IMG/VR virus record: IMGVR_UViG_3300044675_001548 | Location: 32,001-96,000 of that record | Reading direction: 5' to 3' (one strand) | From: a virus | DNA length: 64,000 nucleotides | Shown: piece by piece, positions 47,490-59,800 of the stretch | Layout of the letters: every line of letters begins with the position of its first letter | Position numbering within the stretch: position 1 is the first letter of the stretch | The notes under the pieces: model-generated | What the model saw: only the letters and a program-made list of their open reading frames with translations | The model's database searches: none | Told to the model about the DNA's origin: nothing | Position numbers and translations under genes: made by a program

Positions 47490-47655
47490 AAAAGCAATGA
47501 TTGAGGCCTATATGGCCGGAGCAGAAGCTATGACCTCAGGAGATATAGATGAACCTAACAAAAAAGATGCTAGGGATTGGTTTGATAATGAGTACGGACA
47601 ACTAGAGTCAGAAGACTGTGACTGTTGTGAAGAGGATGAAGATGGAGACTCTTAA
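47470..47655 (+). CDS. hypothetical protein
   Basis: 61-aa ORF. Confidence 0.5.
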   Translation: MHPITFRKAMIEAYMAGAEAMTSGDIDEPNKKDARDWFDNEYGQLESEDCDCCEEDEDGDS

Positions 47656-47893
47656 ATGTTTTAATTGTGGTGTAGAAAAACCATTAGAAAAATTCAAGAA
47701 TAACAACAGAAAGTATCAAGTAAAAAGTGCAAAGGGTAAGTGTATAGTTTGTAAAGCATGTTCTTTTCACAAAGCATTAAGTACACTATCTGTTGTAAGA
47801 TATAATTTTGAAGAAAATATTTTTAAAGTAATACACTTTAAAGACAAGTATGAAGTCTTAGACTTCTATGAAAATGAAGGGGGAGAGCTGTAA
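47642..47893 (+). CDS. Zn-finger protein
   Basis: CFNC..EKPLEKF...CIVCKAC; start likely METLKC. Confidence 0.55.
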   Translation: METLKCFNCGVEKPLEKFKNNNRKYQVKSAKGKCIVCKACSFHKALSTLSVVRYNFEENIFKVIHFKDKYEVLDFYENEGGEL

Positions 47894-47913
47894 AAGGTTC
47901 TCCCCTTTTTTTT
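47880..47913. terminator. intrinsic terminator between convergent operons
   Basis: GGGGAGAGC-N8-GTTCTCCCC followed by a T run. Confidence 0.8.
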
Positions 47914-48052
47914 ACCGTCCTTGGGAACGGTATGCTTTTTTGTAGTTCTTAGATCTTTTAGATCTAGAAGTCTTTGTCTTTGCATGAACACCAGGTCTAG
48001 AAATTTTAGGCTTGATATATGCTTTTACTGTTGTTGTTGTTGCCTTTGCCAT
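47912..48052 (-). CDS. 46-aa highly basic protein (not in ORF track), possible DNA-condensing core protein
   Basis: MAKATTTTVKAYIKPKISRPGVHAKTKTSRSKRSKNYKKAYRSQGR; starts 6 nt after the stop of the 1943-aa gene. Confidence 0.7.
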   Translation of the reverse strand: MAKATTTTVKAYIKPKISRPGVHAKTKTSRSKRSKNYKKAYRSQGR

Positions 48053-48058
48053 TATTTA

Positions 48059-51000
48059 TTATTTAAGATTTTGGAATTGTTCATCTCTTCTTAATGCCCA
48101 TATAGGAGATAGGTTCTTACCTTTAATACCATAGATGCTTAATATGTGATTCCATAATTTATAGTCCCCTTCTTCTTGCCATGGATATGGTCCAGACTCT
48201 TGACGGTATACAGCCTTCTCACTACCGGTTGCCATGTAACCTAAATCTGCAAGTATCTTTAAGTAAAGACCAATAGTAGGACCAAATGCAATTGAAGTAG
48301 CATCTCCATATTTATACCATTCTTCTAGTCCGCCAACCCATGGTAATGGAATAAAAGATTGGTTCTCTCTTTTGGTTGCAATTAACTGATACAACATATG
48401 ATTACCCATCCATCCAAAGTAACCATAGTCCTCTTCTCTCTTGGCTAGTTTCTGGAATCTATCTTCATCCTGAGGATCCCAACCAAATATAAGAGTTATA
48501 GCCATTGCCATTAATGCAAGTGTCATACCTTCAGTAATCATTTTTCTGAATGCAGCTTTTTCTTCTTTAGTCATTACTGACCAATAAGCACCACCGGTTC
48601 TCAATGTTTTATACATTGCTTGGACACCTGCTATATAATATCCTTTTACAGGTGAACCTGCTTCCCAGTTGTACACATGACCCCAGCGGTTATTCTTAGA
48701 CAAGTCTGTTTGGAATCTGTTTAGGAACATACCAGTAGCAAACTTTTTATAGAAAGTAAATAGCCTATATACAATATACTTCTCTGCTTGTGGAGAATCT
48801 AGTTCATCCATAGCACCATTAAGTCTTTTCTGTACATAATGGATCTTCAACTTGTAGTCATTGAAATTAGTATTTCTAGATACAACAAGTTCTTGTCCTT
48901 CAGTAAGCTTAGCACTAGGTTTGATTTTATTCTTAGCGGCCAGCTCTTCAACAGACATACTATATTTTTTAGCTATAGCCTCTAGAGTTTCATTAGGAGC
49001 TACAGTATGGTCAACATATCTATTACCCCACTCAGGATTAATACCCTGTTTAAGAACTATTTCTTTTTTATCATTAAGTTCCCAAGCATCTATATACTTT
49101 ATTTTCTTTACAGAACCATCTGGTTGGATTTGTTCTATTTCTTTATGATACATCATACCACCCATTACTTGGAAAGCACCTTCAACCTCCATAAGTTTTC
49201 TAGCATCATAAGCCCAGGTAACATCAAACATATCTCTGATAAAACTTCTAGTAGCAGATTTACCATAGTCCTTTTCTACTTTACCTATAACAGGGTCAAA
49301 CATGTCTATCATTTGTAGGTTAAGTGACTTAGCTCCTTTCTTATAGATACCTCCTCCGGTAAAACCTGCAAGCTCAATAGCTGATTGATATGCCCACATT
49401 CTACCAGAAGCAAATGAGATTGGGTTATAGTAAACCCCAGCTGCAGCTTCAATAGAGTTCTGAACTATCATACCAAATCTGTTTTTCACAGCTGATACCA
49501 AGTCAAAAGCAATAAATGATCTACTTGCATTGCTCATTAAGCTATTAGCAAACTTAAGCCACCCTGGATATTCAGATTCCCATGCACTATTTTTCTGGCC
49601 ATAGAATGTCTTTTCTATAAAGTAATCTAGTGCAGCAGCTCTTCTGTTGTCTCCAGCTTTAAGAAAAGATAGTACACCAGTATTCTTAGCTACTTGCTTA
49701 CTAGCTTTATTTAGATCTTTGATAGCATTATCTGGATCATTCATTACAGATCTCAGTGTTTCAGCCTTGGCTTTTTCTTTTATTAGTACTCCCTGTTTGT
49801 TAAGTGAGTAGTTATACATGAACATAGCACTTAATACATCTGTAGAAACTTCATTAAGTTCCATTTTGTATAAACCGTCTACTGGAATTCTGGCTATAGG
49901 TTGTCCCTCTAAGTCAGTTGATACTAATAATGTATTAGGATTATAGTTTATACCAAAGTTTTGGTAGTCATCTTTTCTTTTTGCAAATGTAGATTTAACA
50001 GCTTCCCATGTAGCACTACCTTTTTCTTTAACATCAGACACAGCTTTTCCAGACTTAAGTAATTCTAAGTTACTAGCCTTTCTTCTTCTTGGTAAGTCAA
50101 GATAGAGTTTAGCTGAACCTGGTCTATTCTCCTGCATCTTTAACATGTACTCAGTTACTTTATCCAGTAAGTTTTTCATAGCAGGATTAGTAATAGCTTG
50201 AGCATATTCTTTATCCATGTACTTATCATCATAGGCACTGTTTGGATCACCTGGTTTGTATTCTTTAGGAAGGTAGTTACCATCATTATCTATAATAGTA
50301 CCAATATATTTTTTCTTAGCCTCAGCATCAAACGGTACAGTAAAGTACTCTTCTTTGACTCTTTGGTAAGAATACTTAGGTCCCGGTACTCCATTGATAA
50401 TTAATGGTTGTTTAGTAACAGGATGTACTAGAGTAGTTTTCTTGTAATGATTTTCATCTACAGGTTTTACTGAAGTCCACATTCTAGTTCTAAACCACTT
50501 GTCTTCTTTTTGTTTGGTACTATTGTTCCAGACTTTTTTCTTGTAGTGGTTATTCTCAAACCATTCTGCAAACTCTGGATTAAGTTCCATTGCAGTATAT
50601 AAATCTTCAGAGTTTATCCAGTCATCTGCATTCTCTAAAGTAATATGAGGAACCTCTGTATCACCCAGCATATTATTAAATGCTATATAGTAGTATTCAG
50701 TAGGTGTCTTTTGTGTCAAGCCTCTTAAATCTGCAAACAGTTCTTTTAGCTTTTTGAACTCAGATTCAGACAGACCTAACTCATTTCTTCTTGCTGTAAG
50801 TTCATCATAATCAGTCTGTTCTGTAACTGATAAGTCATAACCTGCTGCAAGTCTTTCTTCATAAGCTTTGAGTTTATCAGCTTCTTCAGCAAGTAAACCA
50901 GACTTGGTATCTATTTTACTTTCTAAATCAGTTATCTTTTCCTCAATGTCCTTCATAAGTTTAAACTGCTCAGGTTTATACTCAAGAGCATTAGTCTGAC

Positions 51001-53890
51001 CGTTTCTATCAGTCACAAGATTAGATAATGCAAATCTCTGACGGTATAGATCAGCTAACTCAGTAGCAATAGCAGACTTCTTACTTTTGCTAGTAAGGGT
51101 CTTTATCTCAGTCATTATAGTATCTCTACTTTCATAGTAGCTTGGAGTATAGGCTACTCTAAAGTTTCTTTCCTCAAACTTTTCAAGAGCTTTTTGAAAC
51201 TCTTCAGGATTAGATTCCATTGTAATTTTTCTAGCAGCTAGGTCCTGAACAAAAGAATCTAAATCTGTTTGTACTTTATCTTCATTAGGAATATACTCAT
51301 AGAACTTACTAGACCTTCTTCTATATTCTAGTCTTACTAAAACTCTTTGGAGCTCTTCTCCAGTTTTAGGTTGACCCTTGCTATCATATATCTGGAATAA
51401 CTCATTGTATCTTTTCTGAGCTTCATCTGCTTCAGTAAAGGTATAGATGTCATCCATAGTAGTAAAGTCCCGGCTTTTGTATACTATCATCTCACCAAGT
51501 GCTTTCTGTCTTTCAAGATAAGACTCAGTAGCTATAGTAGCAGGGATTGTTTCTACTTGTTTTGTAAATGGATTAGTGATTTTATTTTCTTGTTTCCAAA
51601 TATCCTGCACAGCATAATACTCAGGAACTTTTTCCTGATGCATATATTTCTTTTCCCAGTCCCACTTTCTTGCAAGAATTTCTTTCATTGCAGTCTTGTC
51701 TCCTTTTTCTTGAGCCTGTTGGAATTCATATTCAAATCTATCTCTGTCAGCTCTCCATCCGTTACCAAATTTACTTTTGATTTTGTAGACTTCAAACTCT
51801 TCATACTCACCTTTATCATTTGTACTACCTACTTTATCCACAGATAGTAAAGCTTGTCCTGATCTCTCAATGTTTGTAGGATTTAGACCTGCAGCTTGCA
51901 TTAGTGGTATAAGTGTCTCAAGCATATCAGTCTCTTCTCTAAGGCTAACTTGCTCAGCATCAGATAGTTTTGTTTTCATAAATCTTACAAAACTACCTAG
52001 CGGATCATCAATGGACATGTATGGGTTAAGAAGTGATTCCATAATACCTATGTCTTCTGTATTACCTTCTATCCAATTGTTTAATGAATCTCTGGTAAGT
52101 CTTTTTTGATAGTACTCACCTACTTCTCTAACTAATTCTGCAGCACGGGCTGAATTGATTCCAGCACCCATGTCTTTAACAGTAACAGTCTTACCATCAG
52201 GATTAGATATAATCCTTTCTACAAGTTCATCTATCTGAGCCTGTGGTATTTTATCCTGTTTAAGATAAGTATTGATTCTTTCAGTTAATCTTTTTTCAAG
52301 TTCATCTTGCATAAATGCAGTATTGTCTTCCATGAACTGAAGAGCATATTCCTTTTGAAGTTCTTTTACTTTATCTCTGGCAACAGAAACTATATCAGAT
52401 ATATCAGATACTTCTTTTACAAACTCATTGGTTCTTGAGAGACCAATAGTTTTTTTGATAGCCTTTAAGAATTTATCTTGTCTAGATAAGAAGTCATTAA
52501 AGTATAAGATTTTTGATATACCATCTTCAGTTAAGTAACTGTCATTGTTCTCCATCTCATTTAGGATGTTCTCTATCTTAGTAGTAAAGACTTTTACCTG
52601 GGATAAACTTTCAACTAATGCAGTAGCTCTCACTCTGAATTCCTCTTGTTGAGCTTGTAATGCTTCTGCCACATCTTCAACAGGAACATCTTTTACATCA
52701 ACATTTTGGTATCTAGCTAGGAAACCTTTAAGATTACTAAGTATAGCAAGACCACCTTCACCAACAAGTTCTTTCTTAAGTCTACCTGAGTCTTTCAATA
52801 CTTGAATCTGGTACTTAGCCTCAACATATGTTTGGTTGATGGCATTCTGTAGATTTTTAGTGCTCACATTTTGGAGAGCATCTACAAGGTCATCATACTC
52901 ATTCTTCATCTCAGCATAGTCTGTCTGATCAAACTTTAAGTTAGCTATCTTAATGTCCTCAAACAGTAACATGTCTGTAAGTTGATCTATGGTTGTATCT
53001 GACTTAAGATCTTTTACAGAAATTACTTTGGATATTTTTCTGAAGAGTTCTTTTATAGCATATACAAGCATGCTGATAAAGTTATTGAACTCCGGATCCT
53101 GTTGCTGAAGCTTATTGATTTTATTCTCAGCATCTCTCTCAAGAGATCTAACAAGAACTTCTTCCATAAATCTATCAGACTCAAACTGTAGATTAGGATA
53201 TAGAGCCTTCACTTGCTCAATAATACTTTGGCCGGTAGCTGTAAGCTTGGCTTTGTTATACAAGTTATTAAATAACTTATTGTTTTGGATTGATATACCT
53301 TTAATAAAAGGGTGGGCAAACTCATGGATCATTGTACCCATGTTAGCTTTACCTTTAACTAGATATACCATATTACCATAGTAAAACCCTGGTTGATTTT
53401 TATATGGAGTGCTTGTTCCAGATAATGTCTCAATTGCTTCCTCTTCTGTTATGTACTGATATGGTACATCTAAAGTAAGCATCATTTTTTCTGCAAGAGC
53501 ATTAAGAACTTTCTCTGCTCTCTCCTGACTTACATCCTCTTTATTAAACTCAAATGGAACTATGTCTGGCTTAGATCTTTCTGGTAAATAATCTGGTCTA
53601 AGATATGCATTCTCTTTATAGAAGATACCTTTGAAAGCATCTATCTGATGAAACATTTCTTTGTTAGGTAAAGCTCTGGTTCCACCAAACTCTGGAGTAA
53701 ACAACCTACCTTCAATACCATATTTCTCATTAGCATACTTTGACCACTTAGAGTTGTATTCCAGAAATTTTTTGAAGTCCTGGATATTAAGGTACTTATC
53801 TACAATACCTAGTGATCTCATGTTAGCTTTAGTAGAGGCTTCAGAGGACTTAAATCTTAAATTCTTGTTTGTGCATGCAGACCTTGCCAT
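48059..53890 (-). CDS. large virion/ejection protein with zincin-like HExxH motif and LysM domain
   Basis: HEFAH at 53312-53326; LysM HTVAPNETLEAIAKKYSMSVEELAAKNKI...LTEGQELVV at ~48880-49020; sits next to the vRNAP as in crAss-like phages. Confidence 0.8.
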   Translation of the reverse strand: MARSACTNKNLRFKSSEASTKANMRSLGIVDKYLNIQDFKKFLEYNSKWSKYANEKYGIEGRLFTPEFGGTRALPNKEMFHQIDAFKGIFYKENAYLRPDYLPERSKPDIVPFEFNKEDVSQERAEKVLNALAEKMMLTLDVPYQYITEEEAIETLSGTSTPYKNQPGFYYGNMVYLVKGKANMGTMIHEFAHPFIKGISIQNNKLFNNLYNKAKLTATGQSIIEQVKALYPNLQFESDRFMEEVLVRSLERDAENKINKLQQQDPEFNNFISMLVYAIKELFRKISKVISVKDLKSDTTIDQLTDMLLFEDIKIANLKFDQTDYAEMKNEYDDLVDALQNVSTKNLQNAINQTYVEAKYQIQVLKDSGRLKKELVGEGGLAILSNLKGFLARYQNVDVKDVPVEDVAEALQAQQEEFRVRATALVESLSQVKVFTTKIENILNEMENNDSYLTEDGISKILYFNDFLSRQDKFLKAIKKTIGLSRTNEFVKEVSDISDIVSVARDKVKELQKEYALQFMEDNTAFMQDELEKRLTERINTYLKQDKIPQAQIDELVERIISNPDGKTVTVKDMGAGINSARAAELVREVGEYYQKRLTRDSLNNWIEGNTEDIGIMESLLNPYMSIDDPLGSFVRFMKTKLSDAEQVSLREETDMLETLIPLMQAAGLNPTNIERSGQALLSVDKVGSTNDKGEYEEFEVYKIKSKFGNGWRADRDRFEYEFQQAQEKGDKTAMKEILARKWDWEKKYMHQEKVPEYYAVQDIWKQENKITNPFTKQVETIPATIATESYLERQKALGEMIVYKSRDFTTMDDIYTFTEADEAQKRYNELFQIYDSKGQPKTGEELQRVLVRLEYRRRSSKFYEYIPNEDKVQTDLDSFVQDLAARKITMESNPEEFQKALEKFEERNFRVAYTPSYYESRDTIMTEIKTLTSKSKKSAIATELADLYRQRFALSNLVTDRNGQTNALEYKPEQFKLMKDIEEKITDLESKIDTKSGLLAEEADKLKAYEERLAAGYDLSVTEQTDYDELTARRNELGLSESEFKKLKELFADLRGLTQKTPTEYYYIAFNNMLGDTEVPHITLENADDWINSEDLYTAMELNPEFAEWFENNHYKKKVWNNSTKQKEDKWFRTRMWTSVKPVDENHYKKTTLVHPVTKQPLIINGVPGPKYSYQRVKEEYFTVPFDAEAKKKYIGTIIDNDGNYLPKEYKPGDPNSAYDDKYMDKEYAQAITNPAMKNLLDKVTEYMLKMQENRPGSAKLYLDLPRRRKASNLELLKSGKAVSDVKEKGSATWEAVKSTFAKRKDDYQNFGINYNPNTLLVSTDLEGQPIARIPVDGLYKMELNEVSTDVLSAMFMYNYSLNKQGVLIKEKAKAETLRSVMNDPDNAIKDLNKASKQVAKNTGVLSFLKAGDNRRAAALDYFIEKTFYGQKNSAWESEYPGWLKFANSLMSNASRSFIAFDLVSAVKNRFGMIVQNSIEAAAGVYYNPISFASGRMWAYQSAIELAGFTGGGIYKKGAKSLNLQMIDMFDPVIGKVEKDYGKSATRSFIRDMFDVTWAYDARKLMEVEGAFQVMGGMMYHKEIEQIQPDGSVKKIKYIDAWELNDKKEIVLKQGINPEWGNRYVDHTVAPNETLEAIAKKYSMSVEELAAKNKIKPSAKLTEGQELVVSRNTNFNDYKLKIHYVQKRLNGAMDELDSPQAEKYIVYRLFTFYKKFATGMFLNRFQTDLSKNNRWGHVYNWEAGSPVKGYYIAGVQAMYKTLRTGGAYWSVMTKEEKAAFRKMITEGMTLALMAMAITLIFGWDPQDEDRFQKLAKREEDYGYFGWMGNHMLYQLIATKRENQSFIPLPWVGGLEEWYKYGDATSIAFGPTIGLYLKILADLGYMATGSEKAVYRQESGPYPWQEEGDYKLWNHILSIYGIKGKNLSPIWALRRDEQFQNLK

Positions 53891-53899
53891 ATCAATTAA

Positions 53900-56800
53900 T
53901 TATTCTCCTAAAAATGGATTAGTACAGTTATTATCTAGATCATCAGAGTCATCTTCTTCAGTATCTTTTCTCTCAGTAAAGTTAGTTAAATTTCCAGTGT
54001 TGTCAAGTTCTATTCTTGGTATACTACCAGTATGATATATAGTAAACTTAGCACCTATCTCTTGTAAGTAATCTATGAACTGACTGTCTACTCCCGGCAT
54101 ATCTCCTACTACAAACTCACCTCCATTATTAAATGCTATTTCTATTTGATTTTTAGTTTCAGAACTAAGAGGTTTATTTTTTAATTCACCATTTCTTGCT
54201 AGCATTACCACTTTATTACCATCTACTCCAGTTTCTCTATATGCAACAACTGTTGGTGCATTATCAAAATAATCTAATGTATTATTGGTTTTATCCTTTT
54301 CATATATAGATTTGGCTGAAAAATTACTAGATGTTTGTTTATTTCTATCAAGTACTTCACCAATAAATCCATCAGCAATCTGTCTCATTGCTTTATCTTT
54401 ACCATCACCTTGAGGAGTACCTTTACCTACATTTTCAAATCCACCTTTATATCCTTGAAAGCCAGTACTTACAGGAGCTGTAGGTTGAGTAGATACAAAC
54501 TGTTTAAATCCTTCTATATCTTGTTTACCAGTTTGTTCTACATATTGAGAGTATAGTTGTTGAGCTTGCTGTTTTTGTTGTGGAGTTATAGGTGCATACA
54601 CAGTCATAATGTTTATTCCTGCGTTTTTTAAAGAAAAATATCTATGATAACCATCATTTAATATACCATTAGAGTCAACAATTCCAGGTACTTTTTGCCC
54701 TTCTTTTTTTAAACTTTCAGTGTATTTATTATTTTCTTCTTCACTTCTTTGTCCAAAATTACCTAATTTGATTTCAGATAAAGGTAATGTTTTTTTAACC
54801 CACCAAAAACCATTATTAGAATAGTTTTCTATAGTGCTTTCATCTTTGCTACCAAATACTTCATCAACCACATTATCTAATCTAATAAACCCAGCAGCTT
54901 CATATACAGCATTAGCTAATTCAGGATTAGAATCAAATAGTTCTGGTACACCTTCTTTAACTTCTCCTACTGGTTGTACAGTAGGTTGAGTAGGTTCTTC
55001 TCCAAATAAATTTAACTGAGTACCTGGTGTAGGTCCTTCTTCATCTGTTTCACTTTGTTCTTTTACAAGTTCATTGTAAATAAGTATCTGAGCAATAGCA
55101 AAGTTTGCAGTCTTTCTCTCTTTTATTTTAGTTTTTTCATTGTATTGTGGATACTTCTTTAAAAAGTCTTTTAAGAACTCTCTTGCACCATCTGCAGTTT
55201 CTTTTGTACTTTCAATTGGTTCATTAATTTTTGATAATTCATCAAAGAATTCTATTATCTGGTCTTCATCATAAGATGATTGTATAAACCCTGGTGCAAC
55301 CTCATTTGCAAGTTTAAGTGCTTCAGGAGATAATCTTCTGTTACCAGCTTCACTAAGTTTTTCAGCATCAAGCATGTATGACTTGAATGGAGTTTTAACT
55401 TGTGTAAGTCTATCAAATATAATTTGGAAAGCATTGTTATTCATGTAGTTATCTGAGAACACTTTAGAAGCATACTTCATTATGGTGTTATACTTATCTA
55501 CAGGAAGAGCTGAATTAAATCCATATTTAGATTTACCTACACCATGCTGGTATACCATCATTTGTGGGAATAAACCAAAGACATCACTAATAACTTTATT
55601 TGATATTGGGTCTTCTACTTTCTTAATATTAGGATCAGCAAGTTGTTTTATATTCTGTACATATATCTGAGCCTCTGATCCAGAGATAATTTTTCTGTCA
55701 TTAAGAGTTAACATATTATCACCAGTCTTACTTGGTACTCTAGATATTTGTTCTAGTATTGGGAACTGTGCTTTTAGCTGAGGAAAATTCTTAATGATAT
55801 TCATAATTTTATCAGTATATGAATGTTCATTATCCTTCATTATTGCAGTTCTGTTGAATGTATTCATAAGAGCTTTATCTGCAAGATACATCTCTAAAGA
55901 TGCTGCAGGTATTGTATCTTTATAAATATCTCTTAAGTATTCTCTCTCTATGACATACTTTATAAAACTTGTTTTGTCTGGGAATAAAGCATCATCCTCT
56001 TTAAATGTCTTCAGACCTCTCTTAAAGTAAGAGTTATCTACCGCATTATTCTTACCAAGGTATAAGTTGTTATTATAGTCAGATTCAATTAAGTTATAGT
56101 TAACAGATATACCTGTTATTGTTCCTTCTGCATCTTTATTTATAATTACATCTTTCTCCTGGGAGTTATTACTAGTAACTTTATGACCTCTATAATCATC
56201 AGGTCTATTACTTATTTTACCATTGGAATCTATAATATTGGACATATAGTTCTGGTAAATAAAGTTGATCATAGCATTCTTATATTCATCTATGAACCTA
56301 GAAGCACCATCTTTACCTTGACCAAAGTTAGCTTTGATAAGATCAGCATTTAATCTGATCTTAGACAATATAAAATCATTAAGTAATGTATTGTCTCTTA
56401 ACTTAAACAATGGGTTAAGCATAGACATGATGATTTCCTTGTCAAACAATGAACTAAGAACTGAATCAGTCTGTAGTGATGTCATTAAGGTTGGATCTAC
56501 CTTAGAGTTATTAGCTAACAAATCAATGTTTACATCTCTATACAATATCTCTTGTGGGCTCTTAAATGTTTGAGTATCCGGTTTTGCATTTGACTTAGCA
56601 GTAGAAATACCTTTAAGTTGTTTTTCTATTTCCAAGTAATGTAAGAACATAGAGATAGCAAGGTTGGAGTTTTCTTGACCTGGTTCTTTTACTAGTTTTT
56701 CCATGTCAGCCGAACTAAATACTCCATTCTTAAGAACATTTGGTTTGTTCACATAATTACTTACAGACTTAGCATACGTTGTACTTGTTATCTCAGGTTT

Positions 56801-59800
56801 AGTATAAAGTATTTTTGTCTGTGGACTACCTGAGATTTTCTCAAGTCTTTTTATTAAAGATACTTCAAGGTTTCCGTTTCTGACCTCTTCTATAAATACC
56901 TCAACAGACATCCTGTTAACTTTTGGTTTAAAATCAAAAGGTCCTTGAGTAACAACAAACATATCACCTTTGTGCTCCTTAACAACATTTCTAAGCAATT
57001 GAGAAATTACTCCATTGACAACCATCTCAGCTGAGTTATACTTAACAAAGTTTTGATTTTTTGGAGCATCTCCAGTGAACTCACCATAAGCACTCTTTAA
57101 TCTTTTTTGATTATCTACATACTGTCTTACTAAAGGGTTGGAAACAAAGAAGATAGCATCTCTTACCGGAACCCCTGCTTTAAATAAATAGAACAGTGTA
57201 CTAGCTACTTCCATGTTACCTTGAATAAAGAATATCCATGGGTTTTTCTCAACGTCCACAGTACCATTAATAGCCTGTGAAAATAATTCAGCTACACTAT
57301 TAATACCATCAGCATCATAGATTTTTGAAAGGGATATTCTACCATCATCTGTTTTATTATGAGGTAGGAATAATCTCATTGGAACTTTTGGTTTATCTTT
57401 AAGTTCTACATCTCTTCCAAGTTTTTTACTAAACTTAGTTAAGTAATAATCTTTTGGCATTGCCGCACCAATAGAATCAAAGACTGGACTGATAGCATTT
57501 TCATTAGCTGCAATACCAAGTACATCTTTACCTTCCATGTTTACACCATGCTTATGTACATTGTACAGTGGATGAAGTGTAATAGATGGAGTAATCTTTT
57601 TTCCATCTTTATCACCACCTACAAATCTATCATAGTCACTTACTATGTTCTCAAGCTCTTCAGAAATGTCCTGTAAGATATATGTATCATTTGGTCTCAC
57701 AAGGTTTACGTAATTATCTGGTAATTCAAGTACCCCTTTAATTGACTCAAGTATCTCATTCTCTGCAGCTTTCTTCTGTGCTTTAATCTGGCCAGCAAAA
57801 CTTTTATTAGTCTTTTCTCTCTCAGCATTTATCTTATTGATAAAGTCTTTGGTGTTTTCTTTACTAGTAACATATGTACCATCAGAAGCTATGTGTGGAA
57901 AGAATGTAGTTAACTTATCAACGTCAAAGTCACCACCAGACTTAGCAACAAGTTCAGATGGAACAAAGATCATGTTATCAGCACTAGGATCCATGAAATG
58001 ATAAACCTCCATAAACTCCATAGAGTTAAGACCTTGAACTGGAATCCTAACAGCACTTAATGTAATTGACTTTCTGTTATCATCAGTATTAAGCCACTCT
58101 TCATCTTTGATAAGTTCATTAAGTCTTTGGATAGTACCTATCTTTTCACCCTTCCATTCTTTATTAAGTAAGTTATTGAACTCACCTTGGATACCAATGG
58201 AAACTTTCATGGCATTTGTATTACCATCTTTTCCGGGCTCATAGAAAGGAAGTGTATTACTACCTAGTAGTTTTTCTCTCTCAGCTTCAGTACCTTCAGT
58301 AAACTTAACACCACCAGACCACATACCTCTAGTAAGTGTACTTGATACTTGAACCAGTGCTTCACCATAAAGCTTTTGCTTAACAAATCTTTTCTCTACT
58401 ATTGACATTATAGTCTTCTCAATTGTCTGAGCATCAAGATGTATTGACAAGTCATTTTTTAAAGTACCATCTTCATTAAGACCAATAGCCTCAACTAAAT
58501 GTTCTGGCATATCTTTTCTTCTTAGCTCTCTTTGGATTAATCTAAGTAAGTTTTCAATATTACCTTTGTAACTATCACCTTCTTTCTTAAAGTTAATCTC
58601 ATCAAGAAGCTCAAGCTTTAATAGATTAGTGTAGTTATCTACTGCAGCTTTATATCTATTAGCAGCAGACTCATTTTTAGTATTGATAAGTTTACCGCTT
58701 TCATATAGACCATTAAGAAGTAGTTTTCTTAACTGAGTTGCAAATACAACTTTACCTTTAGAATAATCTGGAACACTAGCTGATTCTTTAAGATACTCTA
58801 CATATACAGTATTAGGAGTAAGAGTCAGTTTGTCCTTTATAATCTTTTGCTCTTTGTCAGCAAAAATGTTATCTGGTTTCCCGTCAGCAGTAACACCACC
58901 AACTTTAGATCCACTGGCAAATGTTGCATACTGAATATTGTTTCTCAACATTTCATGATGTAGTGTCTCTAAGTCAGATCCTTTAATTACAGATGGTATT
59001 AAAGGCATAAGAGCAAACTTATGCATTGCTGTTACAGGTAACACTGTACCAGCTAAGTTACCATAGTTCTGCAACTTAAATACAGGGAAGAAATTTACAA
59101 CATCTGCTGCTGTAATCTCTTGACGAGCTACTATTTTTTTATAAAGTGCTTCTTGCTGATCACTCCACTTATTCATACCCTTCTTAAGTGTACGGTATGC
59201 ATCAATTGTAATATAACCTTGACCATCAGCCTCAGTCATGTTCAAGTACTTATCAGCTTCAATCTTAACTCTCTTCTCTACTTCTTCTGCAGCATTAGGT
59301 TTACCAGCATATCTTTTTTCATAATCCTCTCTGATAGCTTTTTCAATAATTGGTTTGTAAATACTATCTCTATCTGCATCCTGCATAATAGCTGTATTAA
59401 CAGTACCATTGTAAGTAAACTTAACATAGTCTGAGCTACCTACAGTTTTAGCATAAGCATTTCTATCCCATGTAAATCCAGTTTCTTTACTGTTGACATC
59501 ATTTATGAAATCTCTAAATGCTTTGTCAGTTCTGATTTTTGGTCCACTGGAAATAGCTCCTGAAGTTCTTTTATGAAACTCCTCTTTCTTATGATTGAAC
59601 TGTGCAATGTCTCCAAAAATAACTTGAGATATTTCAAAGTTATGAATCCAAGCATTATACATATAAGCTTTAGCAAGTATTCTTTCTTTTTCAGAGTTAG
59701 TTAGATTAGGTACATTTAATCTATCCATGACAGTTTTATCTATATACTTAGCTTTTTGTAAGTATTCATAGACTTCTTCTGTACTATCATTAAAGTATTT

